A stretch of DNA of 64,000 nucleotides from Raja brachyura (Eukaryota): assembly GCA_963514005.1 (NCBI GenBank), contig OY740788.1, positions 42,594,001 through 42,658,000 on the forward strand, in the 5' to 3' direction. This document shows, piece by piece, positions 1 to 13,915 of this stretch. The position numbers were made by a program, and so were the translations under genes. Under the pieces are notes generated by a model. The model ran no database searches and was not told the DNA's origin. It saw only the letters and a program-made list of their open reading frames with translations. Each line of letters opens with the position of its first letter. Positions within the stretch are counted from its first letter, which is position 1.

Positions 1-2353
1 TGTAATCACAATTTAAACAAAAAAATATTAAAAGGAGACAAAAGGCACACATAATAGAACGTCTAAGTTTATCATACTATTCAATTGCTTCCATTTTAAA
101 CATACTACTTATGGGAATACTTCATTTCCTAATCCCTAGCACTGCATTTTCTACAATTTAAAAAAAATGCTAGTCATTCATCATATGTGTTGGTTGTGGG
201 TAATGTAACTTAATCCATTTACATACATAACAACAGTTATTCATTAGCTATGAAGCATTTGGGACTTTGTGAGGTAGTGATGCAGTACTCGGTACCCGCA
301 AGGGGCAGGAATTCATCTCAGGCGGACATCTAGCATACTCTGAACACATGCCTGAAGATGCCATTAATGGAATTAGGCCTTGGATTCATTTGGATTAAAT
401 AGGAAATCTAGAGACATCAATCAAGCAAGCCAATGAAGCAATCTGGCAAGTGTCTGGCACTCTCTGAAAGAGGCATGGCTTGCAGTAATTTCCAAAACCA
501 TGGATGATCCTTTAGACACCACAGAAATTATTGTGTCACAGAGGCAGAGCTGTACAGCACAGGACCAGGACATTTGGCCCACCACGTCCGTGCTGAGCTT
601 TTTTGTCCATCTATCCTAATCTCATCAACTGTGCCAATCACACTATTTTGAGCAGTTTCCAGTAGCCCATTTGAATACATGAGACTTGATCCAACAGATC
701 ATCATGGATATGTGTGAAACAAGCTCAATGCAAGTTCACTTATTTCCCATCTGACTAGGCCTGTGAGCCAAAATGGATTGGGCATGTAAATATTAGTTAA
801 TTAATGCCTGTTATAGAGAAGGACCTGCACACCAGGACACAAGGAATACATTGGCTTTTAATTTGAAATTCAGCTCACTGCCTTTGGAGGGGGCAGAATT
901 TAATGCAGGGGATCATAACTTGAAATCCAGGATCTAACTCTCGAATATCGGGTACAAGACAGTGTTCCTTTCCCTGCGGTTACATTTTATATTGTTTTTT
1001 AGCAAATGTAATGATCTGGGTGAAAAGTGTATAGAAATGGTAAAGATATTCTACTGAAGAACATTGAGAACATGTAAGTTCCGCATACTAAAGATGTAGA
1101 GAGTACTTGTAGGCGGATGTCAAACAAGCATTGTGTTGAATGTAGCTAATACACAGAGAAAGATATATTAAATCTTATAATATTGGGATGAAGTGCAGTG
1201 TGTCTTCCTAGCAATGCCTGAATATGCACCTCCAGTATTTTACTAATGTGGTAACACAGGAATATTCTAATCCAACACAAAGCCTAACAATACGTCTGAC
1301 TGCTGTATTGATAATCTTTTTTATCGTATGTGTGAAACCTAGCTGCAATATTTGATTCAGCCTGCATTACTCCCCAGTCCATTCTGACTCACAATAGACT
1401 GGATGAAGCAGAGTGTGGAAGTACCACAGTATCTACATAAAAGAGATTAAAGCCGACAGGATTCCATTTTACAGCTCAATCATATTGTGTTAGCACGCGC
1501 TTATCCAAGCACATACAAAATTGAAAGAGAGAGAAAAAAAGACAGACAGATATGAGCCAGAATAGAGAGCAGTGGCAATTTCTGAGAGCATAAAAGGATG
1601 GTAATGGTGGGGGCCTTGTCAGAGTAAAGGACTATTAGGGCACAGCCTCTGTCTCTTGTACCCACTCATTCCACTTTAACTTAAAATAACCGAAGTCAAG
1701 TGCTGTCTAATTTCATTGTGCTCTTTGTCAGATAAGGACTGTTCAAATTTCATAACGCCCCGCTTTCTGTTCAGCTGCTTTATTAGCATGGGTAGACTAA
1801 TTCTATTTGCTGATAAAGTCATTCTATATTTTCTTTAAATATTTGCCTCTGTTGTGGACACAGCTGAGTTAAATGCTTTGTGATACAGAATTAATGAAAG
1901 CAATGTCTTTGGTCTCTTTCTGCACATCAGAAAAGCTGATGTTATCAAGACCCTATTTCTTAATTCACTACCACCATTAAATAATGCTTCAGAGGCTATG
2001 TGGCACACAAATTCGTCTCTTCTGTGGAACAGATTACTAAATTAAACTGTATTTTACAGCTGAAAGTTCTAACTGAGCTCTTTGTTGTTATATGGACTTA
2101 GCCTAAGAAAAAACACAGCCATTGCCGAGAAAAAGTCTCAATCGTGCATTTAAATTTTACCCACTCCCCTTTGAGGAAGGATGTTAGAGGTTTGATCTTT
2201 GCAAGCCTCAGCCCAAATCAGTTTTAAAGTCAAGATTTGTTCACCATGGTCAAAGCTGACATTATTAGAAAGTGAACGAGCTTGCAGACAATCGTTCCTC
2301 AGGAAAGTTGTAATCAGAGTAAATTTAGGATCATATTGTTAAATTCACTTTAG

Positions 2354-2470
2354 GGCTGATGCAGGTTCTTGACCCAAAATATCAACCATTCCTACACCCC
2401 CACCCTCCAGATGCTGCTAAATTCCTTTGTTTACTCTTCCAGATTCCACCATCTGCATTTTCTCATGTTT
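2354..2470 (+). mobile_element. Old Penelope pLTR-derived fragment
   Basis: CTGATGCAGGTTCTTGACCCAAAATATCAACCATT...AGATGCTGC...CAGATTCCACCATCTGCA. Confidence 0.5.
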
Positions 2471-3279
2471 CCGCGTCACATTGTCAGCTTGAGATGCGAA
2501 GAAATGCAAGGCAGAACTAATTATATTATATTTATGTAATGAATTAGCTTCTACAAACGTAAGTGCGCATTGGAAAAAGTTGATAAATAATAAAGAACTA
2601 ATCAACAACCAAGATTAGATCAAATGCAATATAAATACACTCCCGGATCATCAGATTATTTCAATTAAGAACTTTGGGGTTTAAATTGGATTGCGGTAGA
2701 AAACTGACAGTGGGATCACAATATGAAATTAACCCTTGGCTTATTATCCAAGTACAGGCAGCACATGAAATGTATGCTGCCCACTTGTTTTCAATGTTTT
2801 CAGCACACAGCAAATGCTGTGGTTGGCTTTATTCATCTCCAATGGCCTTGGCTTTGTAAATGGTTCAAGCTATCCAGTGTTGATTAAACTCTGACTGCAC
2901 CGTTTAAAGGGGACAGCGTTTGGTGGTTAAAGTTATTCTTAATGTTTTACACATTGCTACATGAAGTGATAACTTGTTGGAGCGCACATTCAAATATTCT
3001 GTGGTCCATTGGAGACTTTGGTGAGAGATGTCGAGGAAGAAGGGTTACCTCGATCTGCAGGCCATTGAGACGTGAAGAATGGCAGTGGGAGAAGATAGTT
3101 TTAGAGGTGTATTAGGAAGTGCAGTTCTAAGGATATTTTGCAGATGAGCAAAACATTCAATGACTTCACACAATGACATTGGTCACTGGTTTTCAATGTG
3201 ACATTCCATGAAATGCACCCAAAATGGATTCCCAAAATCCATCATCTCCCTGAACTCACACATGCATTGACTTCACCCC

Positions 3280-3522
3280 CGGACTTTCATCTATCCACCT
3301 ACTGTAATTTGTACTGTAACTGTAACCCATACTGGATATAGGAATCCTATTATCCATTCTATTATCCATTGTCTTTTTATAGATATGTATATAGCGCTGC
3401 AGAAACTGTGCACCTTATCCCCCCCCCCCTTTTTGTCTTGTTTTTGCACTGAGTAGGAGCAGTTTTTAATCTCACTGTACACGTGTATAGTGACAATAAA
3501 AGGCATTCTGATTCTGATTCTG
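3280..3522 (+). mobile_element. LINE 3' end fragment with (ATTCTG)n tail
   Basis: CTCACTGTACACGTGTATAGTGACAATAAAAGGCATTCTGATTCTGATTCTG. Confidence 0.6.
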
Positions 3523-4256
3523 CACCCCTATCCTTAGAACAACTGACTCCATAAAAGAAAATGGCATGTTTTCCTAATCCATCTTCTCAGATCTCACTTC
3601 CCCACAGCTCAATTCCTCAAGTTATATACAAATTGTAGATGGTGTAAGTATGCACTTATTGTTTCCCCCTCTACCCTGATGTATTTTATCTTTCAAACCT
3701 GACTGTGGGTGAAGTGTAAGACAAAGAAGATGAAAGCACACGGTCATTCAGTTTGATAGTCACAGCCATGAGTTCAGATACAGAGCTTGGTGTATGGTGC
3801 AGGTTATCTGAGAGCCCAGATTTATGGTTAGTCACCGGGCAAAAAGCAGCCTTCAGTCCAGGCAACAGGAAAGGGTAGTCTAGTGGATTACCCCTCAGAG
3901 AGCAGATAACATCTGAGTTCTGCAAGGACATGGCTGGAAATTTCATCAGAAGAGATCACAGTTTTTTTGGTGCAGAACTTTTGCTGTGATCCTAAAGTGT
4001 TAATCCATTTCTGATCTTGCTTCTTTACAAATGACCAAAATAAATATGAATAAAACCACATGTACATTAATCCATTATTTGAGTCATGTAATAGTGAAAG
4101 CTGATGGCTTTTCATTGGAGAAATCACCTCTTAATAAAGACATTTTTGGAGTTTCTTGCTGGTTGTATGGTCGGCATCAAGCACTTAAAGACACTTTTAT
4201 TCATCTTCATGACTTGCTTAGCAATGTGTATGCTTGATTTTTTTTATTTTCTTTAC

Positions 4257-4418
4257 CTGGAATATGCTTTGCCCATCCAATGATGACCACCAGTTCTCGA
4301 TCAGCCAGATCACATAATGTAGTAAGGGCCTTGATGTCACTGTCAGGAACGGTGGGATCAGGCATGGCATAGATCTTCTCTGGCTCAGCCACAAGCAAGT
4401 GTGAGACAATCTTGTTGA
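4257..4418 (-). CDS. ESRRG: ESRRG coding exon 5 (start of ligand-binding domain)
   Basis: Acceptor TTCTAG|TC AAC AAG, translation (F)[53 protein letters not shown](G), donor G|GTAAAG; 162 nt. The gene continues beyond position 1. Confidence 0.98.
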
Positions 4419-6768
4419 CTAGAATAGAAAGGCCAGGCAAGAGAAAGCATGAAACGTTTGCATCAGTTTAGACAGCCTCATCACTCAGGGAATTGAGTAG
4501 CTGCAAGCGGTATCTCATGGTAAATCTTATTTAATGTTGCCTTAATTAGAATCAATACAACCCAATTTTCATCAGAACGGCTTTGTAATGCACAAATAAT
4601 CAATCAGGAGCTAGAAAATCTCTTAGACTCAAAGCACAACACATGCCCTACTTCCTGACACAAGTTAAAAACTGACCATGTATTTTATCAACACTTATTT
4701 ATTAAATAAAAAGATTACTTCTTAAATGAACAACATGAAATTAACAGTTATTATTTAGCAAATAATGACTGACAAGTGGTAAGACTATCCAAAATCATCG
4801 ACACAAACAACAATGGAATATTATTAAAATTCAAAGATGCTGTAGCTTGTGATAGATTCTAAATGAATTACGATAAATTAAAAACTTAGAGGAAACAAAT
4901 GGGCATAGCAAAACAATTTTAAAACAGAGAAAGGACGGTGAGTCTCAAATATACAAAACACCCGTCAAGTTACATATGGATATAGACATTTCTGATCTGT
5001 AGGACCATGCACAATATAACCAGTTGAGTCATTCAGTCAAGTGATATAAAAGACAAATAGACATTACTCCTTACTACTGGTCTGGAGACACAAGTGATAG
5101 GGAAATGATCAGATTTTTAAGGTATCACGGTAGCACAGGAAATCATAATATGATGTGAATCAGTCCTTATCTGCAATAGTTATATTATCTGCAATAGTCA
5201 GGAAATATCATTATGGGAAGCATATGTTTAGGAAAAAAATTCACAGCTTGCTTCTAGTCCCTTTGAACTATTTCTATATAAAAAAAATGTAGAGTATTAA
5301 AATGGCATCACCTCTAGCAAAGTAAATGGCAAATCATTTATATGTTACTTTTATTAACTTAGTATTGTTTCCTCCAGGGTTCACAAAATTACCCTGCTGT
5401 ATATTTCAGGCAGGAGTTGTAAAAGATGGAGTATGCATCTTTAACAAATTATATACATTTGCTTTTTGGATTTTTAAAAATTAATAATTTTATTTTAATT
5501 TTATGGTGAGATGCAAACCAAAGGCTTTGTAAATACTCATTTGAGGAAATCAAAAACTGAATAGATGTGATCTAGTTACATTGTGTTCTTTGGATATGTG
5601 TATTAAAGACTGAACTTTAATAGAATGAACTTCATTGCAAAATCCTAACATAATTTGACTTACAGAATTTTAAACGTGAATGCAATGTTTCATCAATATA
5701 GTATATTACACCCTCCCTTGTAAAAGCGTGAGGTCTAGTCTGATTAACGTCTGAAATTCCATGAATTGCTTTCAGCTATACTTAATTATTTATTATTTAA
5801 TAGAAAGAATATGTTGGAAAATACAAACAGTTTCGGTCTTGAATAAGCCTGTGCATCGCTCTAAAAGGACACAGAGCCATGCACTAAAATTATGATATAA
5901 TGTTAACGCCACAAAAAATGTATGTACCTATATTTGAGATGCAATGTTAAAGTATTTGCCAATATCAAATATCATCAGTTTGTATATATTTTCAATTAGA
6001 AAGCTATTGCAACCTTAGTAAGAAAAATAATTACTGGTATAAAATTACTGCGTTTGCTAAAACCCAAAAAGGGAAGGAAGGGAACAACACCTAAAATGTA
6101 ACATTTACTCTCTTGATGGCAAAGTCTCCTGATAAAAGCTTAAAGATTTAAAAAAGGCAATATCCAGCTTATGCAGATCTGTAATCTTCATTCTAGTATT
6201 TTGAGTTTAACACAATAGTTAGCTTCGAGCTCAGAAAAATACGCACCGCAGATATGTTTAATAATGTCAATGTTCAACGTTGTTTAATAATCCTTATTTT
6301 AAATCAGTCAAGGGATACAAATAAAAGCAAAATTAAAATTTATACGGGATTTTTTCAAAACAACAAAATTAAACATTTTTAGTATTCAAATTGTATTTTA
6401 AGATAAAATGTTGTGGCAGTATTGCCACTGCGGACTTCACGTTTAATTGGACTGCCCAGAAAAAATATATGGGCATTTCAAAATATTTCCACATGACTGT
6501 ACATCATTTTTCATAAAGTACATCATGCTATCCTTGATGAAAAACAAACTCTGGTGATTTATAAAATGGAGACTGGATTAGTTCTGCACTATCATTACTC
6601 CCATCTGTTTACAAACTCTTTAACTAGATGTGGGTGCAGGGTGAATACATTGAAATAGATATGACATGCTATTGTTTTACAGTGTTTAATTTGTAAATTA
6701 ACATGCTGAAGTTTTATATGCTAATAGCTAATGCACGATATAATATTTAAAAAAATCTTTATCCTTAC

Positions 6769-6879
6769 ATGGCTTTTTGGCTGGTTGGACCAGCTGAGGG
6801 TTCAAGTATGGGCTGTTCTCTGCATCTATCCTGCGCTTGTACTTCTGCCGTCCCCCACGCACCCTGTCTAGGCGCACAC
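6769..6879 (-). CDS. ESRRG: ESRRG coding exon 4 (C-terminal extension and hinge)
   Basis: Acceptor TTTTCAG|GT GTG CGC, translation (G)[36 protein letters not shown], donor T|GTAAGG; 111 nt. Confidence 0.98.
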
Positions 6880-9139
6880 CTGAAAAAGGAGGAAAACCGC
6901 ATTTTAAAATGTAAGAATACAAATGGTCCTTGCCAAATCTTTGGTTCACCTTGATTGTCAGCTTGGATTAATACCGCATTTTTTTAGTCAGAGACGGCAG
7001 AATTGGCCTACAATTTATAAATGATTTAATAGCACTATTAACGTGACAATATTCAATAACTACTTGTGCATTTGTATCTCTGCAAAACAGATGAAAACAT
7101 AGTTAAAATTGTGATAGTATGAAGCATCATGATCAATGAATTGTCAGCACATATGACACAAATTCAACAGAACATTTTAATGACAAAATATTACACATGT
7201 TAAATGTATTTTTATTTTCCTTGCCCAATCTACTGGAAATACATCAATTAAAAACCAAATTTCCAGGAATGTTTTCTATTTTATAAATGGATGTACATAA
7301 CTACTGCTTAACATAACAATAAACTTTAGATGGATATTAATGATCAAACCATGAAAACATAAAAGCATATTGATGAGAAAGTTTAAATTGGTCATGCTTC
7401 AAACTGAATTATGATTTAATATTATAAAGTTGTGATTTTATAAAATAAATAGAAATGATTAAAGTATTTCTGCTGTTACCAGAAGGAAGTAACATTGTGT
7501 AGATAACTTTATCCATTTGAAATTAATTTCTAAACAGGATCAAAATATATTGCCATATCCTTGCCAATCTTCAATTACTTTCCATTGAAATACTAACTTC
7601 TATACCTATAGACAGGGCAATATAAATGTGAATTTATAGCAAAGTAATTTTAAGTCCATTTTATTTGGCGTACTGCTACGACTATTAAAAGAGAAACATG
7701 AACTAGTAGTTATAGTAAATACAAGAGGGATCACTGCCTTAAGGACAATCTATCCTTTTAATTTATTGACATCAAAAGAAGCCTAATTTAATTATATCAA
7801 ATTTCTCCTGGGAATGTGCATCACTATGGAAACCAGCTAACAGGAAGTGTCAATGATTTTTTTTGTTGCTTTGAATATACCAGCAACGTTAAAAAAAATA
7901 CTGCATGGTTCCAAACTGTCTAAATTTTGCCAATCACTCACATCACCAGCATGAAATGGGCTGTCTCCAAGAACCCACAACAGGTCAGAGGTTTTAATTG
8001 AACAACATCTCTTTCTGTCGTCCCGACAAAAGGCAAGCAGGAAAAATGACTCTGGCAAGATAGCTCAGAGTCTAGCAATGTCCGATTTCTCATTAGGTCT
8101 AAGCAGCTATCTAGCTGCTAATGCTGACAAGCCTTGAACCTTTTATTTTTGCTCAGAAATTACTTTGGCAGGAACAGCAATACAGCTTCATCACAGACGC
8201 CTGGCTGCTGTTGCATTAACCCGAATGAGACCTCATAGACTGGCGATTCGGTGTGGTGGAAATGTGCCCAAATGCAACACGTACAAATCTTTTGTTATCC
8301 TGGCAGATGCTCGGAGCAAAAGGAAGGCAACACAAAGGTGTGCACATTAATAACCTGATTATTTGTGTCTCTGCACACTTGCATCAATTGGGAAAAGCAC
8401 AGGGGAAAGACAACCATTAACTAAGCTGAAAACAAAAGACAATTACCAAGCAAGTGGGTTAATACACAAGATAGTGCGTGTGCCAAGTTTACACACAAGC
8501 TTCAAGGAAAGTAAAGCACTGAAGTGAGAAAATACCAACATGTTCCACCCTGATCTGTTTAGATCTATTTTCTCTGTGCCCCATAACACTGGCCCCTGCG
8601 TCACATTTCTGATGTGCTGTGACTGTAAGGAAATACATCTCAAGACTCCACAGCAAAGTGGACATATGGTAAAATTAAACTCAGGAACCGTGCTGAGTGG
8701 GCTACCTACTTAGAGCTGACTGCATCAGGTGCCACATATAATCTTGCTTTGTACTCAGAGTCCCACTGATCTTTTTCCTTCATCTACTATGATCACAAGT
8801 TGGGTGACTTATGAAAACTTTCAATACCATTTTACAATTGAGAATATGCCAAAGCAGTTGAAAATGGCACTGTACGTCAGCCTGGCCCAATAATAGACAG
8901 AAGAATGGAATGAAGTCCACTTATCTAAATTCTGCATCTGCGCTGGAATCTAAAGTTCCATCCCAACCAGCTGAAAGCTGCACTGTTTATCATTGAGAGT
9001 TTATTCTGGGATTAATCGGCATTGGATATGTGGTCTCTCCAGTGTTTGCAGGTCTGGAAACCATCAAAAACCACCCCCAAAATGTCACTAGTGAGGACAC
9101 CAACTCTGCCAGCACACTAAACTGACATCACTATACATT

Positions 9140-9460
9140 AGAACATAGAGCAGTAAAGCACAGGAACTGGCCCATCAGCCCACAAGGACCATGCCAAACA
9201 TGATGCCAAGTTAAACCAATATCATCTGCCTGGGTGTGATTCATATCCTTCCACTCCCAACATGTCCATGTGCCTCTTAAATACCACTATCATATCTGTC
9301 TTCACCACAAACTCGGGCAGTACATTCCAGACACCCACCACTCTCTATGTAAAAATACTTGCTCTGCGCATCTCCTTTAAACTTTGCCCCTCTCACTTTA
9401 AAGCTATGCCCTCTAGTACTTGACATTTCACATGGGGAAAAATGTGCAGACTTTCTACCC
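9140..9460 (-). mobile_element. CR1/HER1-type LINE 3' end, diverged
   Basis: AGAACATAGAGCAGTAAAGCACAGGAACTGGCCC tail and CTTTAAACTTTGCCCCTCTCACTTTAAAGCTATGCCCTCTAGT, homologous to the reverse complement of 57655-58030. Confidence 0.75.
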
Positions 9461-9569
9461 TGTTCAAGTTTAAGAAATAAAAGTGGGATAGGGCATTTCG
9501 CTACTTATGCCTGCTCCAAAAGTATCATGGCTGACTCTTACCGCTTTTCCTGTTCTAACACGTATATTC

Positions 9570-10200
9570 TTTAAACACTTCAATAACCAATTATTGATCA
9601 AGCTATACATTGAACATATTCAGTGGTTGAACCTCCATAACCATCTTGTAGAGACGATTCCAAAAATTCATCATCTCTGGTTGTAGAAATGTCTTCTCAT
9701 CCTTGTCCTGATTGTCACCTTGTCGTGGCGGAGCCGCTTGTGTGGACCTGAGAGCAATGCCAACTGGAGCTATGCTCCTGGTAGGGCCACCAATGGCGGT
9801 AAGGTCGAAGGGGAAGTGTCTGACAAAGAGCAATCCAACCAAGACCTCAATGGTGGAACAGGCGGAGGATGATGGCTGACCTTAGTGAAGTGTCACAACG
9901 ACTGGGAAGGCGGATGAAGGCTGCAGCAGAAAAGGGTCTACGGTCGTCTTGGACTCCATGCCATTGGATCCTGACCCAGATCTGTCAATGACCGTGGGGT
10001 GGCTGCTGTGCACCAGTCTCCCCGCGTTAAATAATATCACGCACAGGGATCCTCCATATAGGGAATAGCACCCTGGAGACACCCATGGTCAGCCACGACC
10101 GAAACGGGCCTAAGAAATGTCCTGAGTGAATGACTCCTTACATTAAGATCATGGCCTTTTTAGTCTCTAAAGCCAAGCTAGGGGCAACATCACCACTGAG
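9570..10200 (-). mobile_element. Old CR1-type LINE 3' fragment split by the RTE-related insertion
   Basis: The flanks ...GATTCCAAAAATTCATCATCTCTGG...TTCTCATCCTTGTCCTGA | GTGAATGACTCCTTAC... rejoin into a diverged version of the 16757-17078 CR1 end. Confidence 0.55.
9712..10117 (+). mobile_element. 406 bp RTE-related non-autonomous retroposon
   Basis: 8 bp TSD TGTCCTGA (9704-9711, 10118-10125). The 5' end ACCTTGTCGTGG...GAGCTATGC...AGGGCCACC...TCTGACAAA resembles RTE/Bov-B 5' UTRs, and the 3' end CCATGGTC...CACGACCGAAACG...TAAGAAA resembles RTE tails. Confidence 0.7.
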
Positions 10201-12121
10201 TCTACCTTATCTTCTGCCTTTCCTTATTGTAGAGATTGGAAGGGGTGATATCCTGGCCATGGCTACTGCAGAGGGATTTTTCTCTTCTTTTTCTTTTACT
10301 GGAGTAATGTTTCTCAGGGCTGTAGTGCAAGCTCATATGGGACCCATCTACTCACTAGCATCCAAATTCAGAACATTTGGTCCACCAACCAAACTAGGAT
10401 CCTTTTTTTTTTAAAATATATCATTCGCTGCTTTAAAGAGGCAGAGATACTTAGAGAGAAAATGATCCAATAAGTGGGTGGTGACTTTCCATCATCCACC
10501 ATTATGAAAGCCTGTGGCCTCTGTCATATTAATGGGGTGTGGGCATGGCAGGCAAAGCCAACATTTATTACCTAATGGTAACTTTATGGTGATTTTCTGC
10601 TTTTGGTAGAGAGCTCCAGCATTCAGACTCTGCAACAATGAAAGGTCAACAACAAACTCCAGAGTCAGGATAGTGTACGACTTTGAGGGAAATCAGCAGG
10701 TGTTCCCATGTGTTGCCTTTGTTATTCTTAGAGGGAAAGCCTACATGCTTATCAAGCTACTTAGAAATGTCCAAAGAGAGGTGTTCTTATAGGTAATTTT
10801 TTTAAACTGTTTGATGGAAGGAACATTGGCATTGAGGGTTACCAAGCTTTATCACTATTTTGTTCACTTACATCGGTGCTTAGCTTGTAAAAATCATCAC
10901 ACAACTTGATAAATATTGAGAAGTATCGAGAAACAATTTTCAAATCCAATTCTGAGGATTTCAAGACCATCACTTCAACGTTAAGTGATATCTGATCCTA
11001 TACAATATATCCACATCAGTTTACAGTTGCAAATTTGAATGATTAATATATTTTTATGCATGATGAGATTACGTGACTAATCCTCTAGCTGCACGTAGAC
11101 TACCCAGGGCCTGTCAACTCTTTCCCTACAGCATCAGCATTTTTGTAGATCTGTCAGTCCATGTAACATCATCAAACTAGAGAATTGGTCAGTCAATAAC
11201 CCTCTGAGGCTTGTGATGGTTATTACTGGAGCTGCCGGGTAAATTGGCCCACGCACAACTTGAATAGACTGATGATCATTTGAATAAATCTGTGTTAAAT
11301 CTACTAGACTAAAATAGGTGATTTAATGCTTTGAATGCACTGCCCTACTTTAACTACTAACACAGACTATATTGTTTTTAAAAGTAATGGTTAACCTTCT
11401 GCCCTCGGTGAAAGGGATACCTCTTTTTCTCATTCCTCTTCTAAAAAGTACATCTTCCACTTAATTGTGAGGTTTCTTTCTGATAAGGCCAAATGGTTAG
11501 TATTCATCAATGCAGTACAATACAATTCGCTTACAGAGGTCTTAACCATTATAGGTTAGAATATAGTGTTGGTTGTATTAGTGAACAATCATGTGCACTC
11601 ATACGAGAGTCCTCTTTTGTTATTATGAGAGGTAATGCACTGTGCAACATTGTATGAAAGCTTTATACATTTGTCCATTAATAGTCCTTTTTTTTGGCTT
11701 GTGTTTCACTTACCCTGGTTTTTATTTGCATCACCACTGATTTACTATTTCACTGCAGATTAGGAACAAAGCAAATGATTATGAGCTGCTTTCAAATGGT
11801 TAAATATTTGTATGGCTGTTTGCATAACAGATCCTAATAATAAATCAGACACCAAAAAAAGCTGCAGAGCACAGATAATGGCATGTGCTGCAGGATGCCA
11901 CTCACAAGGGTTAGCTCATTCCCAATTTCACTTAGTTGAAGGGCAAGACTTGCTGTTCACAATAGTATGTTTCCACCTCTGCTTTCAATCTTCATTTCTT
12001 TTTCTACACTCCCTCAACTTGTAATTTTATAGTTCTCCCTGACTAAATTTCAAGAAAACAAACTATCCAACATGTTTTTAACTTTTATTGTTCTGTCTAG
12101 CTGATTAAGTTCAAATCAATA

Positions 12122-12376
12122 TGGGTTATCCTCACTACGGCTGTTGTCTGTATGGAGTTTGTATGTTCTCCCCGTGAACATGTGGGTTTTCCCTGGGTGC
12201 TCCGGTTTCCTCCCACACTCCAAAGATGTACAGGTTTGCAGGTTAATTTGGCTTCGGTAAAAATTGTAAATTTCCCTTAGTGTGCAGGATAATGTTAGTG
12301 TACGGGGATCGCTGGTTGGTGATGACTCGGTGGGCCAAAGGGCCTGTTTCTGTGTTATATCTTAAAACTAAACTAA
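12122..12376 (+). mobile_element. HE1/V-SINE-type SINE, 5' truncated
   Basis: V-SINE central domain TGGAGTTTGTATGTTCTCCCCGTG...GGGTGCTCCGGTTTCCTCCCACACTCCAAAGA, LINE-derived tail GGGCCAAAGGGCCTGTTTC and AAACT repeats. Confidence 0.85.
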
Positions 12377-13261
12377 TTCCTTTCAATAGAAAAATACTTT
12401 TACCTTTAAAGATGAAAAAAAAAGTCCATTAGCATGAGGTTAAAATGGCAAATTATTAAAGTCATTAGAAGGGCTAAAACAACTCAGTGTATATTGCTAT
12501 CAGTATGGCACTTCTTCTCTCCATCTTCATAAATTAAGATCTAAAAGGAGTCAGGAGCCAAGAATGTTTTATTCCTGTATGTTCCTGCACAGAACAATGT
12601 TCCACAAATTTTTCACTTAAAAAATAAAACAAATACTTCAGGTCAAGCTAAAATATTTTCAGTAGTTCAAAATCCTCTGCCTGAAAAGCTAACTGCAGTA
12701 CAACAGTATTCAATTAGCATCATTACTGATCAGAGCATGTTATTAACATCCTGGTAAAAGCTACTTCCTATTGGGAAAGATTAACACATCTTTAATACTC
12801 TATTATGTGCACTGACTTTTATTGGAAAATCTTGTTGAAATGGAGCTGGATTCACAAAGCACCTGACATGTAGGAAGAAATGTGTATGATCATGTTGGGA
12901 CTAGAACTATCCAGACATTTGACGAGTAAAACTTTCTATTGATCCTCAGTCAAAGAGGGTAAAACTGGATTAGGCAATACCCATAGACCCGTGACAGCCC
13001 AATTGACTGTTGCAACATGTGGGCACACATATAGCACAAACTGTGCTGAACGCCACAACATTGTTAAGAGCATTAATATGCACGTACTGTAAGTTCATTG
13101 AAAGCATGCTGTATAGGCTACTCGTAGCATCAATCAACATGCCACATAGATCTTTTGCCAGCACGCGTTTTAGAGGTCAATGCTCCAGCTTACAGCCTCT
13201 CTTAAACAGGTATCCTTGAACATGCAACAACATGACCCACCCATTCAGTCCTATATAAAAC

Positions 13262-13467
13262 AAATTTGTGGCAGCCAACTCACTGGATGTATTTAAGAGA
13301 AAGTTAGATATTGCTCTTAGGGCTAATGGAATCAAGGGATATGGAGAGAAAGCAGGAACGGGGTACTGATTTAGGAACATCAGCCACGATCATATTGAAT
13401 GGCTGTGCTGGCTCGAAGGGGCGAATGGCCTACTCCTGCACCTATTTTCCATGTTTCTATATTTCTA
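13262..13467 (+). mobile_element. CR1-type LINE 3' end
   Basis: Matches the reverse complement of the 16757-16950 segment (GGGATATGGAGAGAAAGCAGGAACGGGGTACTGATT...TGGCCTACTCCTGCACCTATT) with a TTTCTA tail. Confidence 0.88.
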
Positions 13468-13784
13468 AAAGTGACCAACCATCAAAATGTTTTTGTCCTT
13501 CTTGCCATTACTGTAATCCTACAAGTGTTTGATGTTTTGGAGATGTGCTCTATCTGCTGTGAATATTGCTGAAATCTTAGTCCGCAGCCCTCAAGCTTTG
13601 CAATTACTCTGTGGGCATTAGCAATCTATGTGCAACAGGACTGGGAAAATTAGCAGAGGTCTGAAGAACTGGGCAAATGTCGATAACAAGAAGGAAGCTG
13701 ATAGATTTTTTTTATATGTGAAGGAAATGTTTGACTGGCAAAACAGGCATGAGCAATTGCTTTTATTACCATTTCAATTTTGTT

Positions 13785-13915
13785 GGCAGCACAGTGACAC
13801 AGAGGTAGAGTTGCTGCCTCAGAGCGCCAGAGACCCATGTTCGAATCTGACTATGGGTGTTATCTGCATAGAGTTTGTATGTTCTCCCTGTGACCGCGTT
13901 GGTTTTCCCTGGGTG
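13785..13915 (+). mobile_element. HE1/V-SINE-type SINE, 5' part
   Basis: tRNA-like head GGCAGCACAGTG...GGTAGAGTTGCTGCCTCA with B box GTTCGAATC, then the start of the V domain. Confidence 0.8.

Noticed and set aside
13785-13860. tRNA-like A/B box sequence
   Set aside because: Head of a SINE that continues into the V domain; no intact cloverleaf.
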